Shown here: in pieces, positions 1 through 10,700 of the stretch
Numbering within the stretch: position 1 is the first letter of the stretch
How the letters are laid out: each line of letters opens with the position of its first letter
NCBI GenBank assembly: GCA_963749705.1
Contig: CAVVNQ010000006.1
Coordinates: forward strand, 176,650-240,649
Direction of reading: 5' to 3'
From: an uncultured Chloroflexia bacterium
Lineage (GTDB): Bacteria; Chloroflexota; Limnocylindria; Limnocylindrales; CSP1-4
Length of the DNA stretch: 64,000 bases
Made by a program: the position numbers and the translations under genes
Notes under the pieces: generated by a model
The model's input: the letters and a program-made list of their open reading frames with translations, nothing else
The model's database searches: none
What the model was told of the DNA's origin: nothing

Positions 1-19
1 TGTGTACGGCAGTGTGTAC
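1..19. repeat. TGTGTAC-N5-TGTGTAC tandem heptamer, copy 1
   Basis: TGTGTACGGCAGTGTGTAC; 17/19 identical to 59908-59926. Confidence 0.6.
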
Positions 20-371
20 GCCAGACAGTTGCGCGGCCGAGACCCTGTTCCGCGACTGGGACGATCTCACGGCCTTCTACGACTACCCGGCCGAGCACTG
101 GATCCACCTGCGCACGAGCAATCCGGTCGAGTCGGTCTTCGCCGGCGTCCGGCTGCGGACCAACGTGTCCAAGCGGATGCGTCGGCGCGACTCGGCCCTC
201 TACCTGGTCTTCAAGATCACCCAACGGCTCGAGCTCGGCTGGCGACCGCTCAACGGCGGGCTGACCCTGATGACCCTCCTGCTGCGTGGTGCCCGCTTCG
301 TCGACGGAATCTACATCCCGGCCGACATCGAGCGTCCGGACGACCCCGGAGAGGAGGTATCCGCGGCCTGA
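12..371 (+). pseudogene. IS256-family transposase, C-terminal fragment
   Basis: TAFYDYPAEHWIHLRTSNPVESVFAGVRLRT is the IS256/Mutator catalytic-Glu region; N-terminal part absent. Confidence 0.85.
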
Positions 372-395
372 TTCTCACGTTCGTTCGGAAGGGTG

Positions 396-420
396 TTTCC
401 ACTCAACTTGACGAGGGCTC
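396..420 (+). mobile_element. IS256-type right terminal inverted repeat
   Basis: TTTCCACTCAACTTGACGAGGGCTC just after the transposase stop; resembles the ...TTGAC...CTC ends of this IS256 subgroup. Confidence 0.5.
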
Positions 421-712
421 GGGAGGAAGCTCCGGCTGGTGTCGCTTGGACAGTCCCATGTTCGACCGTCAGTCATCAGCGTTCCGGTGCCTGCGGCCCG
501 ACCGGGCGCGTCGACGCTCGGATCCGGGCGTCGCTTCTGGGACGGCGAGGTCGGAGGCCCAAGTGGGCTTGCGCCTCCTATAGCGACCTCAGCGTGGCGG
601 AGATCCGGCTGGCACCCTCTCGCAGCTGACGGCACACGTCGTCGAGGATCAGTCGCTCCTGGCATCGCGACACCGCCCTAACCTTGCATTCCCATGCCCC
701 AAATCCTCCGGC

Positions 713-1849
713 CTAGCCATGGGCCGCCCTTTCTCCGATCACGGCCGATACGGCGTCGACCACCGTCTGCGCTTCACCTTCGTTCAATGTGTCGGGGGTC
801 ATGTAGAACATCTCGTCGCCCCCAGCCAAGACCGCGACCCTCGGGTTGCGGTCCCACAGGGCGTCTACGACATCCTTTGCGCTGAAGCCGAGTTCCAGGC
901 GCGAGACGGTCACGCGCAGCCTCGGAGTCGGTTGTCCTGCCTCATTGGGCCATGCGCGCTCCGCGCGCACGCCCGGGAGCTGCGACAGCTGCCCAGCCCA
1001 TTCGGCCACGGTTGCCTCCCACCGAGCGAGTAGGGCTTCGTGATCCAGCGCGACGTATCGGCGAACCGCGGCAACGAGACCGGCGATCTCCTCCTTGCCG
1101 ACCTTCATGGATCGGACGAGTCGCTGATTCGGGGTCCCATTCGCCCGAGCCGCCGCCACGAGATCGGCGCGTCCAAGGAGCAGCCCGCTCGCCTGAGGGC
1201 CCTTCAACGCTTTGCCACCGCTGAACACGACGAGGTCCGCTCCACAATCCCTGGTGAAGTACCAGAGATTGCTCGCCGGAGGTACCTGCGCCGCCGCATC
1301 GACGATGACGGGCACCCCGTGTGAATGGGCAATGGCAACCGTCTTGCGCAAACTCAAGCTCGCTGGCGGGAGGTGGCTGCCGGCCACCCACACAACGGCC
1401 GCGGTTCGATCGGTGAGTGCACTCTCGAGCTCCCAGTCGAACGTTTGGAGAACGTTCCCGATCTCCACGATCTTGCAGCCCACGAGATCAATTGCGCGGT
1501 CGTAGGGGATCCGGTGGGCACGGTGCATCACCACGTCCGTTCGCAGTCCCGTGCCTCCAGGCATCGCGGCGATCGCGGCCGGGTCGCCGCCGGTGACGCA
1601 CGCGAGGACGCCATGAGCGATCGCCGCCGCGGCGCCACAGGTAACATAAGCGGACTCGTTGCGGGTCAGACGTGCCAGCTCCTCTCCCGCCAGCACGAAG
1701 AGCTCGTTCATGTCCACCTGATAGCGCGACGCATCGGCCATCGCGCGCACGACCTCTTCCGGCAGGGTCCCCCCGCCCAACGCGGTCAGAGTCGCTGCGG
1801 CGTTCAGCACCTGCCGAGCGCCCAACGCGCCGACTTGCTCGCTAGTCAC
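713..1849 (-). CDS. SelA-like/DgaE-family PLP-dependent enzyme (aminosugar-acid ammonia-lyase-like)
   Basis: VLNAAATLTALGG, VIVDAAAQ, FSGGKALKGPQASG (PLP Lys), RSMKVGKEE. Confidence 0.85.
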   Translation of the reverse strand: MTSEQVGALGARQVLNAAATLTALGGGTLPEEVVRAMADASRYQVDMNELFVLAGEELARLTRNESAYVTCGAAAAIAHGVLACVTGGDPAAIAAMPGGTGLRTDVVMHRAHRIPYDRAIDLVGCKIVEIGNVLQTFDWELESALTDRTAAVVWVAGSHLPPASLSLRKTVAIAHSHGVPVIVDAAAQVPPASNLWYFTRDCGADLVVFSGGKALKGPQASGLLLGRADLVAAARANGTPNQRLVRSMKVGKEEIAGLVAAVRRYVALDHEALLARWEATVAEWAGQLSQLPGVRAERAWPNEAGQPTPRLRVTVSRLELGFSAKDVVDALWDRNPRVAVLAGGDEMFYMTPDTLNEGEAQTVVDAVSAVIGERAAHG

Positions 1850-2263
1850 TGGTGAAGGCTCCCTTCGTGTCGCGGCCGCTATCCAAGGCCCGTCCCGGCG
1901 TGCCCATCTATAGGCGTCGGCTTGGCTCGTCGTTCGACATTCGGTGCGCGAATCCGGAACCTCGGGCCCGCTCGCGACCGCGACAAGCAGCCTCCGATCG
2001 CCACCGTGGCTTCAGCGAGTCCATGCGGAGGATCGCCTCGCGGCTTCGCGGGTTGCGCCGGGTCAGTATCGGACGGCAGGCCCTCGAAATGTCGAGCACC
2101 AAATCGACGTTCGATCTGCGTTCGTCTCCGCACCCGAGGAGCCGGACGTCATTGGTCAGATCGTCGATCACGTCGGTCACACCGTCGCGGCTGACCTGCG
2201 CGCAGTCCTCCCGATCGGCCTCCGGGACGGTGACGGTCGTGAATACCGCCTGCGAGATGCGCA

Positions 2264-2686
2264 TCACGTCCGCCTTGTGGAGGTACGCCTCGTCGGAACA
2301 GCAGCCCCGCCCAGGACGGCGATCGCCTGGATCTCGACGAGAATGCCGGTCCCCACAATGTGCGCCTGAACGGTGGCGCGCGCGGGAGGATCCGAGGGGA
2401 AGAACTCCGCGTAGGCCGAGTTGTAGGCCGCGAAGTCCTCGTCCGCGTGCTCGAGGAACGCGGTCACATAACACACGTCGGCGAGGGTTCCGCCAACGGA
2501 GGCTAGTCCGGTCCCGAGGTTCCGTAGGGCTTGTCGCGTCTGCGTGCCCACGTCGTTGCCGACGAGTCGCCGGTCTTCGTCCTGGCCGGCCACGCCGGCC
2601 AGGAACACGAAATCACCGACACGGACAACTTGGCTGTAGCAACCGCCGGGCGAAGGCGCACCCGGGGGATTCATCGCCTGTCTCAT
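2264..2686 (-). CDS. RidA/YjgF family enamine/imine deaminase
   Basis: YSQVV..GDFVFLAG, QTRQALRNL, PPARATV, VEIQAIA; AAAGGAG RBS. Confidence 0.9.
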   Translation of the reverse strand: MRQAMNPPGAPSPGGCYSQVVRVGDFVFLAGVAGQDEDRRLVGNDVGTQTRQALRNLGTGLASVGGTLADVCYVTAFLEHADEDFAAYNSAYAEFFPSDPPARATVQAHIVGTGILVEIQAIAVLGGAAVPTRRTSTRRT

Positions 2687-2845
2687 GTCTACTCCTTTCC
2701 CGTCTGGTTTCCGCGGCCCGAGAGATGCCGGCTGCTCTGCTCACCCCGCGAAGGCCGCGAACGAGATGAGCTGTCAACGTGCCGAAGGGCGCGCGCCCGG
2801 CCTCGAGCCGATAGGAACGCTGTTCCAGTGTCCAAGCGCGCACTG

Positions 2846-3688
2846 CTAGCGTCTTGCGTCAACCCCAGGGGTAACCCCGGACGGACCGACGCCTTCCACG
2901 AACGGATTCCCGTGACCATTGGTCACGACCGACAGACCCCCGTCAACCATCAAGCTGGCGCCGGTGACGAAACTCGCCTCGTCCGATGCCAGGAAGACAG
3001 CGGGCCAAGCAATCTCGTCCGGCTGACCTATGCGACCGATCGGGTGGATGCTGCCTGCCCGTCGACGTTCGGCGTCTGGATCCGCGAATGTTGCCCAATA
3101 GTCGCTTGTCTGCTGCGTCTCGACATAGGCTGGACAGATTGCGTTGACTCGAATGTGGAGTGCGGCGTACTCGACGGCAAGTGCGCGGGTCAGACCAATT
3201 AGGGCGTGCTTCGCCACTGGATATGGGAAGGCACCAGGAATGATCTGAAATGCGTGACTCGACGCGATGTTGACGATGCTGCCGCCGCCTACCCGAAGCA
3301 TGTGCCGAATCACTTCGCGGCTCAGCCACCAGGACCCGTCGAGGTCGACCGAGAAACAGCGTCTCCACTGCTCCTCAGACAGCTTCAGTGGGTCCGCGAA
3401 TACGTCGACTGCGGCATTGTTCACCAACACGGTGGGTGGCCCGTATAGACCGACTACTTGCGCCACAAGCTCAACGATCGATTGTCGCTTGCTTATGTCG
3501 GCACTCACGAACTGGGCATCGTGTCCGGCTGACCGGAGCGTCGCCGCCTGGCGTTCGCCGACGCTGGCGGTCCGCTGCGCAATTACGACCCGTGCTCCTT
3601 CCTCAGCAAACCGTCGAGTGATCGCCGCCCCTATCCCCTGACCGCCACCCGTGACGATGGCTACCTTTCCCTTCAGCCTTTCGCCCAT
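2846..3688 (-). CDS. SDR oxidoreductase, GalD-like aldose 1-dehydrogenase
   Basis: TGGGQGIG, NNAA, SSHAFQIIPGAFPYPVAKH (YxxxK); ATG 3688 with AGGAGG RBS. Confidence 0.85.
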   Translation of the reverse strand: MGERLKGKVAIVTGGGQGIGAAITRRFAEEGARVVIAQRTASVGERQAATLRSAGHDAQFVSADISKRQSIVELVAQVVGLYGPPTVLVNNAAVDVFADPLKLSEEQWRRCFSVDLDGSWWLSREVIRHMLRVGGGSIVNIASSHAFQIIPGAFPYPVAKHALIGLTRALAVEYAALHIRVNAICPAYVETQQTSDYWATFADPDAERRRAGSIHPIGRIGQPDEIAWPAVFLASDEASFVTGASLMVDGGLSVVTNGHGNPFVEGVGPSGVTPGVDARR

Positions 3689-4168
3689 GACGTACCTCCT
3701 CGGACAATGCGTCCCAATCCAGTCGACTCGCGAACCAACCCCACTTCCGAGGGCGCGCAAACCCGGACCTCCACCCACCGCGTCTCCCAAGGGGAGTCCG
3801 CTGGACGGCGTGAAGAGGTTGAGCCATCGGGTGTAGGCCGCCGCCATCTACCCGTTCTCGAGGTGAACCGTGGCGCTTTGTATGCCGATGCCCGGAGTTC
3901 ATTACCTGGGCGACACTTGTCCAATGGGCTACTTTTCGATGCTCTCGGCGACGAGGGACCTCCGCCAGATGAGACAACCAGCCGATTTCGGGGTTGCGGG
4001 ATGAAAGAGTCGTCGATCTGAGGTAGTGCGTCCGAGCCCAGGCAGCGCTCGGTGCTGATGCGCAGCTCCGACGCTCGAGCGACCAGCTCCTTTAGCGATG
4101 TGCGCAATTCGATCGCTGTGACACCAATAGCGACCGCAAGCCTCCCACGCATGTCCTCGAATGCCTGG

Positions 4169-5059
4169 CTACCCGGCGAATGTGTCCGTTGGTAGACCCC
4201 TTACACCGGGGCGGACAACGAACAGGGCGCCGGCATGTGGCTGACGGTCAAGTTCCAGTTGCGCGAGCCCATGCGTTGCGGAGGTCACGTACAGGTCGGC
4301 TAGGTCGTCACCCCCGAAGACGCAGCTCGTGACCTGTGTCACTGGAAACCGAACCTCAGCCTCCAGCTTGCCCCTTGGCGAATAGCGCCGAACGGCTGAG
4401 CCACCCCACAATGCGACCCAAATATGCCCTTCAGCGTCAACGGTCAATCCGTCGGGGGTACCCTCGGATTCTGGGATCGTGACCACGTTACGTCGATCGA
4501 AGATCCTTCCCGTTTCCGGATCGTGGGAGAACGCGTCGACCTGCTGAGTCAGCGAATCGATGTAGTAGAAGATCTGGTCATCGGGGCTCCACCCGAGCCC
4601 ATTCGAAAGCTTCACGTCCAACAGGACCGTCGCAACTTCGCCGTTCTTGTCGAGTCGGTAGAGCGCGCCAGTTGACCCCTGTTCGTCGACTGCTGTGGTG
4701 CCGGCCCAGAATCGCCCAGATCGATCGCACTTCCCATCGTTCATCATGTTCTCTGGAACGTCTGACTCGACCAACGCCACTTTGGTCAAGGTGGCTCGGT
4801 CTGATTCAAGGCACCAGAAACCATCAGCAAGCGCAAGAACGAGTCCGCCAGACTGACGAGGTGCGGCCGCACCCACAGGCTGACCCAAATGAAGCGATGT
4901 AGATCGGCCTGTTGCAGGGTCGTACCATTGGATGATGCCGCCGAACTGGTCAACCCAGACAAGCTGACGACCACGTGCGTCCCATGCCGGACTCTCGCCG
5001 CAATCAGCGTGAGCGTCGAGGGCGATGCGAGGCAACAGCTCGCTCACCGCCTCCGCCAT
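4169..5059 (-). CDS. SMP-30/gluconolactonase family sugar lactonase
   Basis: GESPAWD, NDGKCDRSGRFWAG, SNGLGWSPD, PDGLTVDAEG. Confidence 0.92.
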   Translation of the reverse strand: MAEAVSELLPRIALDAHADCGESPAWDARGRQLVWVDQFGGIIQWYDPATGRSTSLHLGQPVGAAAPRQSGGLVLALADGFWCLESDRATLTKVALVESDVPENMMNDGKCDRSGRFWAGTTAVDEQGSTGALYRLDKNGEVATVLLDVKLSNGLGWSPDDQIFYYIDSLTQQVDAFSHDPETGRIFDRRNVVTIPESEGTPDGLTVDAEGHIWVALWGGSAVRRYSPRGKLEAEVRFPVTQVTSCVFGGDDLADLYVTSATHGLAQLELDRQPHAGALFVVRPGVRGLPTDTFAG

Positions 5060-5713
5060 CTAGAAGATGCCGAATGTCCTGAACGCATCAGATGCGCTTG
5101 CGCCACCTTCGATCGCCTCCCTCATGCGCTCTTCTTCATGCATCTTCTCCAGCGCAAGCCCCAGCACCTCAGCTTCGACGATCTTCGGGACGACCAACAC
5201 GCCGTCGCGGTCACCGACAACAAGATCTCCCGGGCTGACGTCCACACCGTGGACATCGATCCGCACGCGAAAGTCAACGACCACCGACCTGAACGCGGCG
5301 TCCTGCGCATACGACCCACGGCTGAACACCGGCCAGGACTGCTCCAAAATCCGGTCGGTGTCGCGATGGAAAGCGTTGACGACTGCGCCCACAGCTCCCC
5401 GGCGCCGCGCCGCTGCGGTCATCAGCTCCCCCCAGGCGGCGCACGGGAGATCTCCACCAGACGCGAGGTAGACGTCGCCCTCTTCCAACTGGTCCAGCGC
5501 TGCCGTAAGGTTCGCGAACCCCTGCCCTCTGACCTTTGTTGAGGCCGCCAGCTGCACCGGCATCGCTCGGCCCACCACCCTCATGCCGGTGTCGATCGCA
5601 CGAACGTCGGCCGGCAGGAACTGGGTCATGTAGCCCATCGTGTCGAGAATGTCCCCCAGAACCGCGGTGTAGAGCCTCTCCCGGACGACGAGATCGACGG
5701 AGTTGTCAGTCAC
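5060..5713 (-). CDS. RraA/HMG-aldolase family protein
   Basis: YTAVLGDILD, AAWGELMT, GDLVVGDRDGV; start placed at GTG 5713. Confidence 0.85.
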   Translation of the reverse strand: MTDNSVDLVVRERLYTAVLGDILDTMGYMTQFLPADVRAIDTGMRVVGRAMPVQLAASTKVRGQGFANLTAALDQLEEGDVYLASGGDLPCAAWGELMTAAARRRGAVGAVVNAFHRDTDRILEQSWPVFSRGSYAQDAAFRSVVVDFRVRIDVHGVDVSPGDLVVGDRDGVLVVPKIVEAEVLGLALEKMHEEERMREAIEGGASASDAFRTFGIF

Positions 5714-5892
5714 GCTGGGACCCCGTTTCTGAAGGTCTTCGAGGGTGTGGGCGACGTCGACATATTCGATGCCGAGAATGGCAGCAGGCTCCGCTCTGTC
5801 GCCCGTATCTCTGTCGCCATCGACGGGTCGCCCGCCTCGATCGCAAATGCCACGAGAATCGAGATCAGCAGGGATTCGCTCCTGCATCTTAG

Positions 5893-7345
5893 CCCGGATC
5901 CACCGAACCTCATCGTCTGATGGGTCGATGACGGGCGCGGGGCCCCGATCGAGCCGTTGGCGGGGCATGGCCGGGCGAAGGACGGTCGATGGACAGCCGA
6001 AGCAGGCTCCCACGGCGTCGCCGACCGACGGGGGGTCGATTTCTTCCCACGCTCCCGCCAGCCCCGGATCGGCGACTGGTGATCGCGCTCAGGTCAGGCG
6101 AGGAGCGGCATGGCCCGGAACCGCGCCAGGGCTGCCGTCCAGTCGATCGCCCAGGGCCAGCGACCCGGCAAGTGCAGCGTGACCCGCCGGGCTGAGCGGG
6201 TGAGCCGCCCGACGAGCCCGAACAACCGCCGCCGGAGGGTCTTGGTGGTGACGATCCCGGCCCCCAGACCGAGCCGCGCCGTCCAGCGGGCGAGGTTGTG
6301 CGCAATGACCTGGACCGCGAGCCAGGCGCCGTTGGCCGCGAACCTCCCGGACGGCAGGTGGTTGAGCCCCATGCCGTACTTGAGATCCCGGATCGCGTTC
6401 TCGATCTCGGCGTGCCGGCGGTGGTCCGCTTCGAGCTCCAGCATCTCGCCGTCGCGGTCGGTGATGAACGCGTGGTAGTCGTACAGGGTGAGGAGCGCGA
6501 GCTGGCTGCCTGGCGTCGGCTTCACCCGGCGGACGATGAGCCGGACCGGGACCGCGTCCTTCTCGTCGGCGAACGGGACATAGCTGGTCTCGGCGACATC
6601 CGCCCCGCCCCCGATCCAGTACGGGATCGGCGTCCAGTCTGACTCCGGGATCGCCTCGATGAGGCCCCGGAGCTTGCGGCCGTGCAGCCGCGCCGTGATC
6701 GAGAAGCGGACATCCATCGCCCGGCAGACGGCGACGACCGCGTGAGCATAGAAGCCGGAGTCGGCGCGCATCGTGAGCTCGCCCATGGCTCCCGCGGATC
6801 GGACCCGCCCGATCGTCTCGCGCAGGAAGTGGGCGGCGCCCCGGACCGTGGCGGCCCGTCCCTCGCGCAGCCTCGCCATCAGCACGTCGCCCGTGCCGGC
6901 CGCGACCGCGAGCAGCGGGTGATAGCCGCGGACGTGGGTGTACCCGTGATGGATGGCACCCTCCTTGGCCAGGCCGTACGTCTCGCAGATCGTGGAGTCG
7001 AGGTCGATCGTGAGGGGTGCATCGCCCGGACCCGCGCCCGCCGCCCACGCCCGCGCGAGGAGCTCCCGGCTCACCCGGTCGAGCTGGCGGACATGGCCCC
7101 AGCGGAAGCTGCGCAGGAAGGTGCCCAGGGTGGAGGGGGCCTTGACGCTGAAGCCCAGGATCCGGCTGGTTCCGCCGGCGCGCAGGGCGTCCGCGTCGTC
7201 GATCGAGTCGCCGCCCGCGAGCGCGGACATGATGAGCGTGAGCAGCTTGTCGCCCACGTTCGCCCGGCCGGCAGCCCGGCCCAGATCGAGGAACCGATCG
7301 ACCAGTCCCTTCAGGCCCAGGTGGAGAGCCAGGGTGGCAGGCACG
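5893..7345 (-). mobile_element. IS1380-family element, 5'-truncated
   Basis: Right end ...TTCGGTGGATCCGGG next to a CTAA target; left end and first ~25 codons missing. Confidence 0.75.
6094..7345 (-). pseudogene. IS1380-family DDE transposase lacking its native N-terminus
   Basis: APSTLGTFLR, TIDLDST, GYHPLLA, MRADSGFY, HRRHAEIENAIRDLKYG, LPSGRFAANGAW. Confidence 0.88.
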
Positions 7346-7400
7346 GGTACCCAACGGCTCGATCTCTCCACGACCATCCAGATTGTTGGGCCAGAGGCTC

Positions 7401-8348
7401 TCACCCTACGTAATAGTCGTGTTCCTGCAACCATCTAACGGCTTCCTTGACAGCGCCCAGCGATGAGTGTCGCGGTTCAAAGCCGATCAGGCGCCTGGCC
7501 TTCTCCATGCTGCAATTGGGGCTGTGAGAGATGTGATCCCATGTTGCGGCCGCGTCTTCCGCGACCACCGTCTTGCGCCAATCTTCCCACGGTAAATACT
7601 CGATCTTTGGTTCATGGTCATGCCACGCGAACATCAATTCGGCATAGCCGCGAAGTGTGAGTGCGGCAGGTGACACGGCGTGGAACGATTGCCCTACGGA
7701 CGGACCCCAGTTATTGATGGCGGCAATGAAGAGTGAGGCAACATCCTCCGCGTGGACGTGGTGTACCGTCTCCAGGCCGAAGTTCGGTAGGCAGATCGTC
7801 TCGCCGGCAGCCACGCGTCGGAACACCTCGACGTTGACGTTGCCCATGGGATTCACGGGAAGCCAGCCAGGACCGACGATGTGGCCCGGATGGACAACAG
7901 TCGCCGGGAGACGGCCCGCGCGCAATTCCCGCTCGAGGTATTCGGTGATAGCAAGTTTCTGGAGGCCGTAGCTGCCAAAGGGTTTCCTGTTGGCGTCCTC
8001 GGTCGTTGGAACGGCGCTGCTCGCGCCGTGAATCCAGATTGAGCCGCACACAAGCAGGTGCGAGATCGATCCGCGCAGGGCCTCCGCGAGCGCCACCGCG
8101 CTCTTGAGCTCAAGGCAAATCATGTCGATCACGATGTCGGCATTGAGCCCTGAAATGGCCGCGGCAAACGCCGCGTGGTCGCCGGTCCGCTCCAGAGACA
8201 AATGGTCGGCGTGCGCAAAGGCGGGATGGTTGCGGTAAGGACGTCGCTTGCCCCTGCTCACCGCGATGACCAGGTGCCCCGCCTCTTCGAGCATTGGGAC
8301 CAAATACGTTCCAACGTGGCCGGTTGCTCCGATTACGACAACTCTCAT
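7401..8348 (-). CDS. NAD-dependent epimerase/dehydratase family protein
   Basis: GATGHVG, YGLQK, HPGHIVGPG. Confidence 0.9.
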   Translation of the reverse strand: MRVVVIGATGHVGTYLVPMLEEAGHLVIAVSRGKRRPYRNHPAFAHADHLSLERTGDHAAFAAAISGLNADIVIDMICLELKSAVALAEALRGSISHLLVCGSIWIHGASSAVPTTEDANRKPFGSYGLQKLAITEYLERELRAGRLPATVVHPGHIVGPGWLPVNPMGNVNVEVFRRVAAGETICLPNFGLETVHHVHAEDVASLFIAAINNWGPSVGQSFHAVSPAALTLRGYAELMFAWHDHEPKIEYLPWEDWRKTVVAEDAAATWDHISHSPNCSMEKARRLIGFEPRHSSLGAVKEAVRWLQEHDYYVG

Positions 8349-8523
8349 TGGTCTCCTCTGCGGCTTCCACGCAGTCTTCGCCCGCTATCGTCTGGCGGAC
8401 CCCAAGACGATCCGGCTCGAACTGGCACGCGCATGCCGAATTGTTGCGCGCCCTGGGAAATGCCGCGTGGAGGCTGCCCCTCCCAACCCGCGAAGGACAG
8501 GCGCTGGAGACGCGAAAGGAGGG

Positions 8524-8915
8524 CTACCAGACAAGGTTATCGTGCTCCGTCGACATCAGCCGCCGCCATCCAACTCCCAAGTGCCACGCCGGTCCACCGA
8601 GTCGTAGTACGTCTGGGGCCGCCACCACCGAACGTTGGCTTCGGCGAAGAGTATCCGGCCGAGACGACCCTTGCGACTGCATCATGCATGGCCTGCACGG
8701 CGGGCAGGAACCGCCGATTGAATATCGGGGCAAGGATGATCCCCGCCGCATCGCAGGCCGCGATCGTCCGATCGACCCGCTGCACCATCACCTCGAGGGG
8801 CTTTACGCAGACGACGTGCCTGCCGGAGCGGGCCGCGGCAACTACAGGCCCAAGGTAGTCGCCACTTCGAGTGCAGACGCTGACAACATCGATGTCCTCC
8901 CGCTCCAAGCATGAC
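8524..8915 (-). pseudogene. Gfo/Idh/MocA oxidoreductase remnant
   Basis: EDIDVVSVCT..GRHVVCVKPLEV..IFNRRF, frameshifted and cut by IS remnants. Confidence 0.65.
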
Positions 8916-8934
8916 GTTGTAGTCGCTGAAAGAC

Positions 8935-9178
8935 GGAGAACCGGCGGGGTTCCAAACTGCTGTTCCAGGTGCTGACCGAGCGCGGCAAGCAAGCTTCGAT
9001 CGCGGTCGCCTCCAACGCGCGGTTCTCCGAGTGGGGCCAGGCCTTCACCAACCCCAGGCATGCCGCGGCGGTCGTCGACCTGTTCAAGTTTCGGGCCTAC
9101 ATCCTCGAGACGGGCGGCTCGTCCTTCCACCTGCGGACCAGCCAGACTAGACGGAAGGAGACACCCCCAGCCGGCTGA
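8935..9178 (+). pseudogene. istB: IS21 helper ATPase, C-terminal fragment
   Basis: LLFQVLTER..SIAVASN..FSEWGQAFTNPR.AAAVVD..ILETGGSSFHL. Confidence 0.8.
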
Positions 9179-9189
9179 TCACCGACCAT

Positions 9190-9465
9190 ATCGAAGGTCA
9201 AGCCCTCCGGACCAGGCCAAGCGTGAGGCATTCGCGAGGCTCATCGCCGAGGGCGTTCCCTCGGCCCGGGCGTGCCGGGTTGTCGGGCCCAACCGCGCAC
9301 CTGCAAGCGGTGGCGCAACGGGCGCCGCATACGTCCGGCGGTCGCGTGCTGGACTATGGCTCCCGTGATCACCTCCGTTCCCGAGAGGCAGTATTCACCG
9401 CGATACCTGTCCGCGAGGACGAGCGCGTGCGCCTGGCCGACCTGCGCCGGGAGGGACGCACGAAC
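9190..9465 (+). pseudogene. IS30-family transposase N-terminal fragment (second, inverted copy)
   Basis: REAFARLIAEGVPSARACRVVG and YSPRYLS..ERVRLADLRREG, matching the N-terminus at 10262-10561. Confidence 0.75.
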
Positions 9466-9469
9466 GCAC

Positions 9470-10603
9470 CGACCTCTGTGGACTTGGGGAAGTAGTCGCG
9501 GAGCATCCCGTTCGTGTGCTCGTTGGTGCGCCGCTGCCATGACGAGTGCGGGTCGCAGAAGTAGACGCCCGTCGAGCCGAGGGCCGCGGCGACCTCGGCG
9601 TGGCGGGCCATCTCGGCGCCCTGGTCCCAGGTGAGCGTCCGGCGCAGCCCGGGCGGCAGCGCGCCGAGCGCCGCCACGACGGCGTCGCGCACGGTCGCCG
9701 AGTCCCGCCGCGCCCCGGGCAGGTGGCCAAGCAGCGTGTACCTCGTGGTCCGCTCGACCAGCGTGACGATCGCCGACACGTGCCCCCTGCCCATGATCAG
9801 GTCACCCTCCCAGTGCCCGGGCTGCTCGCGGTCAAGCGCGGACGCGGGCCGCTCGCGGATCGGGGTCATGCCGGCGACCGGACCGGTCCGGCGGGCCTGC
9901 GCGTCGCGCCTGCGGAGCCTCCGCCGGCGCCGGAGGCGCAGCACCCGACCCGGGAGCTCACGGGGGAGGCCGCCGAGGTCGGGGCGGTACACGGCCTGGT
10001 AGATAGTCTCGGCGCACAGCCAGCGACTGGCCTGGCCGGGGAACCGGCGCCGGAGGCCGCGGGAGACCTGCTCCGGGCTCCAGCGCGCCAGGAGCCTGCC
10101 CGCGACCCAGCCGCGCAGCTCGGGGTCCACGGACAGTCGGCTCGGGCGGCGCAGCCGGCGGCGGCCCAGCGCCTTGCGGTGCGCCTCGAACGGGCGGAAC
10201 CGGCCGGCGTCGTCCGCGCCGCGCCGGAGCTCCCGGCTCACCGTCGAGGGCGACGCTGCCATCATGGCGGCGATGTCTCGCGCACGCCGCGCCCCTCGAG
10301 GCGCAGGTCGGCGAGCTGGATGCGTTCGTCCTCGGACAGGTAGCGCGGGGAGTAGTGCTTCTCGGGGACGGGGGTGATCACGGGCGGCAAGTCCAGCACA
10401 CGGCCGCCGGACGCGAGTCGCCGGCCGTTGCGCCACCGCCTGCCGGTGCTTGGGTTGACCCCGACCATGCGCGACGCCCGGGCCGAGGGGACGCCCTCGG
10501 CGATCAGCCGGGCGAACGCCTCGCGCCTGTCATGGTCGGGACTCTTTCCTCGGCGGCCCATCGCAACTCCTCGCGGGTGTTGCGACGCTCGCCAGATTCC
10601 GCC
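9470..10603 (-). mobile_element. IS30-family element with frameshifted, C-truncated transposase (ATG 10561)
   Basis: STVSRELRR, WSPEQ, PGHWEGDLI, TLTWDQGAEMA, NEHTNGMLRDYFPK; IRL GGCGGAATCTGGCGAGCGTCGCAACAC starting at 10603. Confidence 0.88.
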
Positions 10604-10700
10604 TGATCATTCCCACCCGTGCGATTCGAGGGAGATGCGGGGTCCGCATGCGAGCGTCCCATGGGCACGGCGAGCGGAACACGGTCCTGCTGCCCATCAG

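Noticed and set aside
713-1849. Selenocysteine synthase selA
   Set aside because: Short, lacks the tRNA-binding N-domain, no selB/selC/selD nearby; catabolic context fits DgaE-like proteins.
1908-2290. Possible serine-recombinase C-terminal remnant (EAYL..RISQAVF)
   Set aside because: Resemblance too weak to support without a search.
3990-4152. Possible IclR C-terminal remnant (GRLAVAIGVTA)
   Set aside because: Too short and degenerate to call.
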